Part shown: one piece after another, positions 36,865 through 46,076 of the stretch | Layout of the letters: each line of letters opens with the position of its first letter | Numbering within the stretch: position 1 is the stretch's first letter | Assembly (NCBI GenBank): GCA_016929645.1 | Contig: JAFGIK010000003.1 | Coordinates: 6,913 to 70,912 of the forward strand | Direction of reading: 5' to 3' | From: Candidatus Dojkabacteria bacterium | Lineage (GTDB): Bacteria; Patescibacteriota; Dojkabacteria; SC72; JAFGCJ01 | DNA length: 64,000 bases | Program-made: the position numbers and the translations under genes | Notes under the pieces: generated by a model | The model's input: only the letters and a program-made list of their open reading frames with translations | Database searches by the model: none | What the model was told of the DNA's origin: nothing

Positions 36865-39800
36865 ATGAATACGTTTAACTCAATACTTCCTGTGATAGCA
36901 ATTATTTGTGTGATGGCACTTCTAGGTTTGTTGTTCGGACAGAAAAAAAAGAATGCACAGGTTCTGAGTCTTATCGCTGCATTAAGTTCTTCTGTTATTT
37001 GGCTGATTTGTGATTTTATGCTGATAAATGTGTTTAATTTTATAAATCAGGCTTTACTTTACAAAGTCACATTAGTATTTGCTGCACTATCAATAATATT
37101 TCTTATGCACTTCTTCATTTCATATTCACGAGTGAAGATTTCGAGTTTTATCAAAGCTATTGTTATTATAATGTTTATATTTTTTGTGGTCATTGATTTA
37201 TTTACAGATACCATTGTAGCTGGTGTGGCAGAGAGTATTGAATTCGGTTCTCAAAACTATATTCCTGGGTCTTTGTATCTTTTGTATATTTTCATGATAA
37301 TGATTCCTCTGCTATCATCGGTTTTTCTGTTAATCAGGAATTATATATATGCCAGGAGAGAAGAAGATAAAAAGTTTTCTAGGATTATGTTTTTATCGAC
37401 GGTTGCTTTTGCTGGTGTTGTTTTTGTGAATTCGGTTATAGTGCCAATGTTTTCGATGCAATCTCCAAGAATTGTCAGTGTAGCTGTTATTTTTCTTGTA
37501 ATAGTATTGTTGATCAGTATTGTTAAGTGGAATATTCTAGGTGTCAGTCTCGGGTTACTTAGTGTTAAAACAAAGATTTTCTTTTCGATTTTTATATTTT
37601 GTCTCGGACTTTTTTCTGTATTGATTATTGTTGCGTATTTTGTATCAAACCTTGTTATGAAAAGTCAGTCCATGACGTTTATTGATCTTTTGTATAAGGG
37701 TAAAAATCAGGATATTGATAATTATGTTGAAAACTATGTTCGGGATATCAAAAAATTTTCGAGTGACGGTGAGATCGTGTTATATTCCAATTCTGATCAA
37801 ATGGTCAAGATTGCCAATTATATTTATAACTCAGATCTTGAAAGCAAGACTGTTGTTGACAAGCTTTCCCAAACAATAGGTGGAGTAGAATTGGTTGTTG
37901 ATAAAGACTTTGAAACAAATCAAATTATTGATTTAAATAGGGCATGGAATAGTTCGTATTGCTGGCATGTTTGTGAAGTAACCGACAATGATCTTAACTT
38001 CTTCCAAGGTGATAGCTATATTGCTCAAAATGGGGAGTTGAGCCAGTGTCTAATTGAATCAATGAGCTCTTGCAACGTATATAGTAACCTTGGTGAATGG
38101 ACATTTAGAAATAACAATGCATATAAGATCGATCCTGTTAATAATTTATATACCAGTATTTTTGTTAGCAAAACTGATGATAATAAGCTTATTTTTCTTA
38201 CGTCAAACGCATATCTGTCATTTGATTCTGATTCACTCTATGCATACGATGATCAAAACACCTTTGCTAACAATCTTGATGAAATTTACGATGTGAAAGA
38301 TACAATGGTTTTCGATGTTGATGGAACTGTTGATTGGTCTTTGAACCATAAATATCTTATTAACGAAAATGTTAATTCAAATATCATAGATAGCAATTTT
38401 TGGCCACAGTTTATTTCAGATGTTGTAAATTCGAAAGAATCAATAATCCAGGTCAATTCTTATATTGATGGAGACTTCAGTGATGTCTTTGTTATTGGGT
38501 ACCCGATTGTTCGTGATGATAGAGTCGTTAAGATAATTGCTGTTGTAGAAGATACCCAGGAAATTGAAAATATTATTGCTCAAAATTTTGATGAAAGAGA
38601 TGATTTGGCAATATATCTCTTAAATTCAGATGGATCAATGCTTTATTCTTCCAGTAATAGATTTATCTCCCATGGGTATGATAAATCAGATATCAATGAA
38701 TTCAGTTGTGATATTGATAGCGATGTGTCGAGTAATCAATATTCTCGTTCTGGTGATCGAATATGGGGTATTTGCGGATTCGATTCAATATTAAATACTT
38801 ATCTCATTATTGAATATCGATTGTCGTTGTCATTTTTAGGCCCATCTTGGTCTGCTTATGTGATGATACTTTTTATATCTGTTGCTTCGCTTTGTATATC
38901 TTCGCTTTCTAATTTTATTGGAAATTATATCTCTGCTCCGATCAAAGATCTGGAAAATGGATGCAAGAAATTATTGAAAGGCGACTTCAGTCATGAATTC
39001 AAAAGTGATTCACAAGATGAAATTGGACAATTGTATCAGTCTTTTGGCAAGTTATCTGGATATATTCACCAAACGCAAGACGAGATAAACGCAAAGATTA
39101 AAGAACAAACAAGATATATTGAGAATCAGAAGAATGAGCTTGAAAATAATCAAAAAGAATTATCATTACTTCTTAAAAATGTTCAAACTGAAAAGGTCAA
39201 AGCACTGAAGGAGAGAAACACAATGAATGCTATCCTGTTCAGCATTGGTGACGGAGTTTTTGTAATTGACCAACATTTCAAGATAGTGATGTTTAACAAA
39301 AAAGCAGAAGATATTTCAGGCTTTAGTTTGGATGATGTTTTAGGGAAGCGTTACGATGAAGTGCTAAAGTTTCTTTTTGAGAAAAGTCGTTCGGTGAATG
39401 ACAATTTTATAAAAAATGCTATATCAGCTAAGGGTGGTAAATATGTAGACGAACCTACTGTTTTAATAAAAAAGAATGGTACAGAAATAGCTGTTTCTAA
39501 TAGTGCGGCTCCAATAAAAAATAAAGCTGGGAAAAAAATTGGATATGTTATTGTATTTCGTGATGTATCAAGGGAGCGTGAAGTTGATAGGATGAAATCA
39601 GAGTTTGTCTCTGTTGCTTCTCATCAGTTGCGAACTCCATTAACTGGGATGAAATGGTATATTGAGCTTTTGGCGGGAAATAATGCAGATAAGCTTAATA
39701 ACGAGCAGATGGATTTTATAAGAAATATTCGTGATAACAATGAGCGAATGATTTCTCTGGTTGATGATTTATTAAATGTTACACGAGTTGAATCAAATAA

Positions 39801-40275
39801 AAACTTTGAAATAAAGAGGAAGAAGGTTGATGTTGTTAGTATTCTTGATAAAGTTTTAAAAATTCAAAATGTTATCGGAACTATAAATAAAGTGAAAGTA
39901 TCTCTTGATTCCAGTATTCCTGAAGAATGTGTATTAAATGTCGATCCTGATAAAATCTTCGAAGTATTTAATAATGTAATTAATAATGCTGTTAAATATT
40001 CGAGGGAGAATGGAATTGTTCTTGTTGGAATGAAGGAAGATTCGAAGACTGTAACCTTTTGGATAAAAGACCGTGGTTATGGTATACCAAAGGATGTTCA
40101 AAAAAGAATATTTACACAATTTTTTAGGGCGGAAAATGTTATCAAGAGGGCCACTGAGGGAACTGGTCTTGGATTATACATCGTGAAGTCAATAATGGAT
40201 GCTCATTGTGGAAAAGTGTATTTTAAGTCCGTTGAAAATAAAGGTTCAACTTTTTTCTTGAGCTTTACAAAATAG
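36865..40275 (+). CDS. large membrane sensor histidine kinase (multi-TM N-terminus, extracytoplasmic domain, PAS, HisKA, HATPase_c)
   Basis: At least 7 N-terminal TMs, ~400-aa extracytoplasmic region, second TM, coiled coil, PAS-like region. H-box 'VSVASHQLRTPLTGM', N-box 'NVINNAVKYS', G-boxes 'DRGYGIP', 'GTGLGLYIVKSIM'. No REC domain. Confidence 0.85.
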   Translation: MNTFNSILPVIAIICVMALLGLLFGQKKKNAQVLSLIAALSSSVIWLICDFMLINVFNFINQALLYKVTLVFAALSIIFLMHFFISYSRVKISSFIKAIVIIMFIFFVVIDLFTDTIVAGVAESIEFGSQNYIPGSLYLLYIFMIMIPLLSSVFLLIRNYIYARREEDKKFSRIMFLSTVAFAGVVFVNSVIVPMFSMQSPRIVSVAVIFLVIVLLISIVKWNILGVSLGLLSVKTKIFFSIFIFCLGLFSVLIIVAYFVSNLVMKSQSMTFIDLLYKGKNQDIDNYVENYVRDIKKFSSDGEIVLYSNSDQMVKIANYIYNSDLESKTVVDKLSQTIGGVELVVDKDFETNQIIDLNRAWNSSYCWHVCEVTDNDLNFFQGDSYIAQNGELSQCLIESMSSCNVYSNLGEWTFRNNNAYKIDPVNNLYTSIFVSKTDDNKLIFLTSNAYLSFDSDSLYAYDDQNTFANNLDEIYDVKDTMVFDVDGTVDWSLNHKYLINENVNSNIIDSNFWPQFISDVVNSKESIIQVNSYIDGDFSDVFVIGYPIVRDDRVVKIIAVVEDTQEIENIIAQNFDERDDLAIYLLNSDGSMLYSSSNRFISHGYDKSDINEFSCDIDSDVSSNQYSRSGDRIWGICGFDSILNTYLIIEYRLSLSFLGPSWSAYVMILFISVASLCISSLSNFIGNYISAPIKDLENGCKKLLKGDFSHEFKSDSQDEIGQLYQSFGKLSGYIHQTQDEINAKIKEQTRYIENQKNELENNQKELSLLLKNVQTEKVKALKERNTMNAILFSIGDGVFVIDQHFKIVMFNKKAEDISGFSLDDVLGKRYDEVLKFLFEKSRSVNDNFIKNAISAKGGKYVDEPTVLIKKNGTEIAVSNSAAPIKNKAGKKIGYVIVFRDVSREREVDRMKSEFVSVASHQLRTPLTGMKWYIELLAGNNADKLNNEQMDFIRNIRDNNERMISLVDDLLNVTRVESNKNFEIKRKKVDVVSILDKVLKIQNVIGTINKVKVSLDSSIPEECVLNVDPDKIFEVFNNVINNAVKYSRENGIVLVGMKEDSKTVTFWIKDRGYGIPKDVQKRIFTQFFRAENVIKRATEGTGLGLYIVKSIMDAHCGKVYFKSVENKGSTFFLSFTK

Positions 40276-40302
40276 AAATTCATAAATCTATATTTCCTTA
40301 AT

Positions 40303-40617
40303 TTACACCGACCATGGAATTGATGAAATTTTTATTAAAAGACTCTTATTATCGTCTGGAGCAATGATATTAAAGACTAATTGTTTACATTTCTGACATT
40401 TATAAACGATTTGATCTTTTTGATTTTTTATTCGAAATCCAATAGGAATAAGTGTACCTTTACATGGATTTAGTCTATCACCAGGGTTAATATCAACATG
40501 AAGTGAATGTAGGCAGTAGTTACAATGGTCGCGACAACTATGCGGATGTTTATAAACAGTCTTGCCGCAGTTTGTACATATAAATTCTTCATTTCTCACT
40601 ACGAAATTTTGACTCAT
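40303..40617 (-). CDS. RNHCP-domain-like zinc-finger protein
   Basis: 'FICTNCGKTVYKHPHSCRDHCNYCLHSLH' and 'YKCQKCKQ' give a Cys/His cluster with a RDHC(N)YC core resembling the RNHCP domain. Confidence 0.45.
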   Translation of the reverse strand: MSQNFVVRNEEFICTNCGKTVYKHPHSCRDHCNYCLHSLHVDINPGDRLNPCKGTLIPIGFRIKNQKDQIVYKCQKCKQLVFNIIAPDDNKSLLIKISSIPWSV

Positions 40618-40636
40618 TGTGCTAGTATAAAATATT

Positions 40637-42052
40637 ATGAAAATTAGTGAAACTGTCCAATCAAGAAAGCAACCACTGAAAACTGTCTTTTGGGTCCTAT
40701 TTATTGCTGTTTTCGTTTCAGGAATCTGGTATTTATCTACTTTACCTGTATGGTCAAAAACAGATTATGATTTTGCTGTTACGAAAGAATTTTCTAATGA
40801 ACTTGAAACGGATAACGTTAATATCTATTTTCAGGGGGAAACTTATGATCTTGAAGATTTAGGAGTGGAGATCAAACCTGTTGAAGTTTCGATAAGTCAA
40901 AAGATTAAAGGTTTGTTTAGTAAAACATCATATTATGAAATAGCTGTTGATGACGAGGTGTTTCTTAGCAAAATTGAACAATTCAATAACGAATTTGGTA
41001 CTGAGCCAGTAAATTCCCAGCTTTATGTTGATAAAAAAGGAGATTTACAGATATCTGAATCATCTAGCGGAACTAAATATGTTGCCTCTGATATAAAAGA
41101 GGTTCTCGTTAATTCAATAAAAAGTGAATCTTCAAAGATCTATATTGTTCCAGAGACGGTTTTTCCTACCATAACCAAAGAGTCTCTTGCTGATGATTTA
41201 CAAATTCTTAATTATCTTACCAAACCTATTATTATTACAGGTGATGGCTCAACGCTTGTATTAACTCGAGAGCTTTTAATTTCATTTTGGAATTTAGAAT
41301 GTACAAGTGAAAGTGTAGACCAGGATATTGATAATACAAATGATACTCAGGTGTCATTAAATGTTTGTGTACAAAAAGATGTTGTGTCTTCGACTGTTAT
41401 TCCGATGTTAAATGATTTATATAATGATATTCTAAATAGCAAAAAAACAGTCAAAAACCATAATGGTAGTTTTGAGTATCGTACTTGTGATTATGGTCCT
41501 GACCTTGATCTCATAATTTCAGATTTAACAAACCTTCTCGAACGGCGTTTAGCATTGCTTAATGAATATAATGGAAGGATTGATGAAAGTAGGCTAATTG
41601 GTAATGATACGATAACTGTATCATTCATTGACCTTCCAGGAACTGATGGAACTTATGTAACAAGATATATTGAAATTGATCAAACTCAACAAAAGATGTA
41701 CTTATGGCAGGATGGTCAGCTATATAAATCATACGGAATTTCTGGATCTTACGATGATTACGCTGTGTATGGCGTTTATTCTGTCATGAATAAATCAACA
41801 AATGCATGGTCTGATGTTGCAAAAAAATGGATGCCATACTGGATGGCATATTATTATGATCCGAGGCAAAAGGCTATGCTTGGTATACATGAGCTGGTTT
41901 GGTGGGATGATGAAAATGGTGTACGACATGTTGAACCTTCTTCTAATATTGGTACTCCTAAAAGTACAGGATGTATACGTCTCGATAGAGGCGCTGCAAA
42001 GGAAGTTTATGATTGGGCTGAGATTGGAACGCCAATACTTATCCACCCATGA
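40637..42052 (+). CDS. membrane-anchored L,D-transpeptidase (YkuD) domain protein
   Basis: N-terminal TM. C-terminal 'LGIHELVWWDDENGVRHVEPSSNIGTPKSTGCIRLDRGAAKEVYDW' carries the catalytic His...Gly-Cys-x-Arg motif of LDTs. Confidence 0.8.
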   Translation: MKISETVQSRKQPLKTVFWVLFIAVFVSGIWYLSTLPVWSKTDYDFAVTKEFSNELETDNVNIYFQGETYDLEDLGVEIKPVEVSISQKIKGLFSKTSYYEIAVDDEVFLSKIEQFNNEFGTEPVNSQLYVDKKGDLQISESSSGTKYVASDIKEVLVNSIKSESSKIYIVPETVFPTITKESLADDLQILNYLTKPIIITGDGSTLVLTRELLISFWNLECTSESVDQDIDNTNDTQVSLNVCVQKDVVSSTVIPMLNDLYNDILNSKKTVKNHNGSFEYRTCDYGPDLDLIISDLTNLLERRLALLNEYNGRIDESRLIGNDTITVSFIDLPGTDGTYVTRYIEIDQTQQKMYLWQDGQLYKSYGISGSYDDYAVYGVYSVMNKSTNAWSDVAKKWMPYWMAYYYDPRQKAMLGIHELVWWDDENGVRHVEPSSNIGTPKSTGCIRLDRGAAKEVYDWAEIGTPILIHP

Positions 42053-42139
42053 TATGGATTTAGCAAATCAAAATATTTATATCCTTTTTCATAATTAATA
42101 TGTTAAAATTATAAATATAAAATTTAACCCGATATTTTA

Positions 42140-42313
42140 ATGACTTTATCAAAAGAATGGTTAATGGTCTCAAGTAATCTGCGAGCTCTTGCTCGAGCTG
42201 CTGATGAAGCTGCTGATGATGAATTAACACCATTTCAAATGCAAAAGTACTTTCGTGAGCTTGAGGAATGTGTTAATACTCTTGAAAGTCTTGTTCGCCG
42301 ATATTCTAAGTAG
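42140..42313 (+). CDS. unannotated small ORF (57 aa), predicted helical/coiled
   Basis: ATG...TAG frame 'MTLSKEWLMVSSNLRALARAADEAADDELTPFQMQKYFRELEECVNTLESLVRRYSK'. Below the 60-aa track cutoff; locally GC-richer than flanks; sits upstream of pspC. Confidence 0.3.
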   Translation: MTLSKEWLMVSSNLRALARAADEAADDELTPFQMQKYFRELEECVNTLESLVRRYSK

Positions 42314-42348
42314 GCCAAACATTATCTATTATCTGAAAAAAGTACTTT

Positions 42349-42876
42349 TTGCCCTTATTTCTAAACGTTTACTTAATTTTATTTTTAACTTATATGTCAG
42401 ATGTTGAATCTCAAAAGAAAAATCAACGGATTTATCGATCTGAGACGAACAAAGTAATTGCAGGTGTATGTGGTGGTCTTGGCGAGTTCTTTAATATCGA
42501 TCCTGTTATTATTCGTTTAATTTTCGTTCTTATGGTCTTGTTTGGTGGTAGTGGTATGTTAATCTACTTAATTATGTGGATCATTGTTCCTCTAAAGTCC
42601 AGTGTATCTCAAAGTACAGAAGCGACGATTAAGCAAAATGCTAAAGAATTTGAAAATAAAGCTAAGAAAGCAGCGGTTGATCTTGAAAAAACAGTGAAGA
42701 AAACAGATACAAAATTATGGTTCGGATTGATCATTTTATTTCTTGGATTCTTCTTTTTATTACAGAACTTTGGTATAAACTTAAATCCATTTAGGTTCAT
42801 TAATTTTTCAATATTATGGCCGATACTTATCATTTTCCTTGGTATATTAATTGTTATTAAGAAAAACGATGACTGA
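42349..42876 (+). CDS. PspC-domain membrane protein
   Basis: 'RIYRSETNKVIAGVCGGLGEFFNIDPVIIRLIFVLMVLFG' is the canonical PspC domain, followed by TMs. Confidence 0.8.
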   Translation: MPLFLNVYLILFLTYMSDVESQKKNQRIYRSETNKVIAGVCGGLGEFFNIDPVIIRLIFVLMVLFGGSGMLIYLIMWIIVPLKSSVSQSTEATIKQNAKEFENKAKKAAVDLEKTVKKTDTKLWFGLIILFLGFFFLLQNFGINLNPFRFINFSILWPILIIFLGILIVIKKNDD

Positions 42877-44110
42877 AAATAAATCAAAATCTTCGAAAAA
42901 AACTCAAAAATCTGACACCAAAAAAGTGAATGCAAAGAAGAATAAAACAATTCATAAGTCAGATAAAACCCGTCCAGTTTCTTCAGAAGCAGGATCGACT
43001 GAATCTCCATCTGCTAATCAGGCACAATCGGGAAATAGTAATTCTGAACAGAGTAAGTGTCGTCGTTCTGGTGGAGGGTCAATTTTTTGGGGAGGCTTGT
43101 TCATATTTATCGGCGCTATATTTTTACTCAATACACTGGGGTTATTATCCTGGTCGGTATGGTCTGTACTGTGGAGACTATGGCCAATCCTCTTGATATT
43201 AATTGGTATGCAAGTGATTTTGGGGAGGAGTTGGATAGGGAGATTACTTGTAGGATTAATCAGCTTGAGTATTTTTGCTTTAATTGCAATTATTGCTATT
43301 GCTGCTTTGGACTCAAGATTTAATAACTGGCTTGGAAACAGATTGAAATTCTGGAATGATCATGGTGAAAGTATTATTGATACCTGGGATAATGTAACTA
43401 CAGGAAATAAACTGAAAGATAGATTTACTGTTGCTAAAAATGATTACGATGGAGTTGATGAACTCAATGTCGATATATCGGTAGGTGAAGGGGAGTTCGA
43501 TTTAGGTAACTCAGGAGACGAGTATTTGATTGTTGATTCATCTTATTACAAAAATGTCGGAGTGCCAAAAATTAGAACAGAAAAGAATAATGATTCTCTG
43601 GATATAAAGTTCTGGACCGAAAAAAACATATCATCAGGGATGATTGATAGTCCTTATTATGATATTTCTCTTGGTAAAAATGAATTGGCAACAAATTTAA
43701 ATGTTGATCTTGGTGCTGGATCAGGTGATATATCTTTTAGCAAGTTGAACATAAAGGATTTTAATCTGGATATCGGTATGGGTTCTTGTAGTGTAGATTT
43801 GTCCCAAACGGATGTTAATTCAATGGATATTAGTATTGGTATGGGTTCTGCAGAGATGGAACTAGACGAAGAGTCAATTCCTGTTAATACAAGTACCGTT
43901 GAGATCGGTGCAGGATCGTTATCTATGGATGTTCCTGAGCGTGTAGGAATTAAAGTAATTTATAATATTGGACTTGGCTCTCTTGAAGTTGGAGGCAAAA
44001 CACTTACTGGGGATGGATCATATAAGACAAATAATTTTGATGATGCAAAAATTCAACTAGTTCTTAATGTAGATATTGGTACAGGAAGTATTGAAATTGA
44101 ACGAAGTTAG
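42851..44110 (+). CDS. DUF4097/LiaF-like membrane protein (beta-helical 'putative adhesin' domain)
   Basis: N-terminal K/S-rich region, 3-4 TMs, then repetitive 'DIS(V/I)G(M/E)GS..(V/M)DL' strands typical of DUF4097/LiaF C-terminal domains. Commonly paired with PspC-domain genes. Confidence 0.55.
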   Translation: MLLRKTMTENKSKSSKKTQKSDTKKVNAKKNKTIHKSDKTRPVSSEAGSTESPSANQAQSGNSNSEQSKCRRSGGGSIFWGGLFIFIGAIFLLNTLGLLSWSVWSVLWRLWPILLILIGMQVILGRSWIGRLLVGLISLSIFALIAIIAIAALDSRFNNWLGNRLKFWNDHGESIIDTWDNVTTGNKLKDRFTVAKNDYDGVDELNVDISVGEGEFDLGNSGDEYLIVDSSYYKNVGVPKIRTEKNNDSLDIKFWTEKNISSGMIDSPYYDISLGKNELATNLNVDLGAGSGDISFSKLNIKDFNLDIGMGSCSVDLSQTDVNSMDISIGMGSAEMELDEESIPVNTSTVEIGAGSLSMDVPERVGIKVIYNIGLGSLEVGGKTLTGDGSYKTNNFDDAKIQLVLNVDIGTGSIEIERS

Positions 44111-44162
44111 TTTTATGCGACTTTTACCAACATATATTAAGGAAATTTGATAATTGGATTTG

Positions 44163-45191
44163 TTAGTCCTTGATTACTACAATTGCCATATTTTCAAGGT
44201 TTTGAAATCCTGTTCTAAACTCCGGATAACTTACTGCATCGTATGTCCCAAATCCGACATCCATAAGGTAGATTTTTTCGGGATCTATTCCATGGATGAC
44301 CAAGGCATGTTCATCTTCTATCCATGGATTTTCTTCTCCATCTGGACCGATCATTGTCCCAACTGTCTTGGGCTTAAAATCATTTGATACCCATACAATT
44401 ACTGGGTAACCTTGACGTACGTAATTGAATAATTCATCTACGTCCCAGTTTGTTTTAGAAATACTGGAAGAAAACCCATGATTGGCAAGTACTTTATATA
44501 CTGGTTCATTGTATACGCCATATCCATCAACATAGACAACTTCGCCATCAATATTTCCGACAAATGAACGTTGAGGGTTTCCCCAGTGAAGATTTCCTTG
44601 ATCATCAAAATATCTAGTACTTGTTGTATCAGCACCAATTTCTGCTATGATCTGATCCTCAGTAACATCTACTCCAAAATATTTCATCAGAATGTGTGCA
44701 CTTGCTGACTCACAGGAAGCTGGATGGGTTTGTTTGTATGTTTCGACATTCATGATTACTGTTGAGGGATATGTGTTGAGTCTTGGTGGATTTGAGGTTG
44801 AGTTTATCTGGTCTTCTAGCTCTAAAATCTTGAGTTGCAATGAGGTAATTTCTTGTTCATAATCTTCAATCTGTGATTCTTGTTCTTCTTCTGTGTAACA
44901 ATCTTTAGCACGTTGTATTGCTATGAATTTGGTAACGAAATAATAAATCAGGAATGAGAGAGCGGCTAATGCTAGGAAAAGCGGAACTATCATCCATCTA
45001 TTTTTTTCGTTTTTAGCCTTTGTTGGCTTTTCTTCAACGAAATTGATATTTTGTGGAAGATCGAAATTCTTTGTCTGTTGTGGATTAATCATATGATCTA
45101 TTATCTCAATTAATTTGCTATTTGCAATAGGAATCCTTCGTATTATATAGTTAAAGATATAAATTAATAAGTATTTTTTATGGCTGATCAA
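44163..45191 (-). CDS. membrane-anchored protein with C-terminal C39-like (papain-fold) cysteine peptidase domain
   Basis: TM 'WMIVPLFLALAALSFLIYYFV', heptad coiled coil, then 'YKQTHPASCESASAHILMKYFGV' (Gln...Cys nucleophile context) and later His/Asp candidates 'HALVIHGID'. Confidence 0.55.
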   Translation of the reverse strand: MISHKKYLLIYIFNYIIRRIPIANSKLIEIIDHMINPQQTKNFDLPQNINFVEEKPTKAKNEKNRWMIVPLFLALAALSFLIYYFVTKFIAIQRAKDCYTEEEQESQIEDYEQEITSLQLKILELEDQINSTSNPPRLNTYPSTVIMNVETYKQTHPASCESASAHILMKYFGVDVTEDQIIAEIGADTTSTRYFDDQGNLHWGNPQRSFVGNIDGEVVYVDGYGVYNEPVYKVLANHGFSSSISKTNWDVDELFNYVRQGYPVIVWVSNDFKPKTVGTMIGPDGEENPWIEDEHALVIHGIDPEKIYLMDVGFGTYDAVSYPEFRTGFQNLENMAIVVIKD

Positions 45192-45992
45192 AATAAAAAG
45201 GGAAAATCAGAAATGAAAGATAATAAGAGTAAAAAATCTTCCGTCAATGTGCTTGTATCTCTACTGATAGCAATTCTTGCACTTATTGTCGGCTGTGCTG
45301 GTGGAGCATTGGTTTTATGGCTTGTTGTGAATTTCTCAAAAGATGCTTTCTGTTCTGAGTATAATGTTCCTGAGGTTAGTGATAGTGAAGACATATCAGA
45401 ACCAGAGAGTAATAATGATGACAATGAGTATATAGGTGAGAGCTATAAACTTCTGGTTGATGATGGGTATGTTACTGTTCCTGAAGGATGGAAGGTTACT
45501 GAAGTAGATAGTTATTTTGATTATTTGAGTGATTCAGAAATAGCTGAGATTGGTCTTTCTGGCGGTGCCTGGCCAATTCATGATTACAATCAGATCGTAA
45601 TTTCAAACGACGATGCGTCTATCACCTATGAGAGACAGGCTCTATATGTCCCTGGTGGATTCGGGGGCACGTCCTCCATGCTGAATGACTCATTTACTGT
45701 TGTTGTTGAGCCAACAGAAGTTTTGGACTATGATAATTCTGATTCAGATATGTATGGTTTTGCTGTAAAGGAAGTTAATTCTAATGAATTTGAATATCAT
45801 ATTATTTGCATAAATGAATATTATGATCCAGCTTCTAGTAATCCAGATGAATCTGAATTTTTTGATCTTTCTGCAGGACTTGAGGTATACCCGATATTGG
45901 TACTTGAAGGAGATGAAACGTATAAAAATGTAGCAGAGACATTTCTAGCCGAGGCTTGTATCGAAAATTCATCTGGATGGTGTGAACAATAA
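45180..45992 (+). CDS. hypothetical membrane-anchored acidic extracytoplasmic protein
   Basis: TM 'VNVLVSLLIAILALIVGCAGGALVLWLVV' then a D/E/S-rich domain. Alternative start at Met-12 (45213) would avoid the divergent overlap. Confidence 0.5.
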   Translation: MADQNKKGKSEMKDNKSKKSSVNVLVSLLIAILALIVGCAGGALVLWLVVNFSKDAFCSEYNVPEVSDSEDISEPESNNDDNEYIGESYKLLVDDGYVTVPEGWKVTEVDSYFDYLSDSEIAEIGLSGGAWPIHDYNQIVISNDDASITYERQALYVPGGFGGTSSMLNDSFTVVVEPTEVLDYDNSDSDMYGFAVKEVNSNEFEYHIICINEYYDPASSNPDESEFFDLSAGLEVYPILVLEGDETYKNVAETFLAEACIENSSGWCEQ

Positions 45993-46021
45993 ACTTTTTT
46001 AGTTCCTTATATCATAGTTAG

Positions 46022-46050
46022 AAAAAGAGGGCGGAATTCCGCCCTCTTTT
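46022..46050. terminator. bidirectional intrinsic terminator (12-bp GC-rich stem, AATT loop, flanking A/T runs)
   Basis: 'aaaaagagggcgg-aatt-ccgccctctttt' sits between convergent genes 45180-45992 (+) and 46077-46931 (-). Symmetric A5/T4 flanks allow function on both strands. Confidence 0.75.
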
Positions 46051-46076
46051 AAATTCTAAAAACCTTTAAACGAAAA

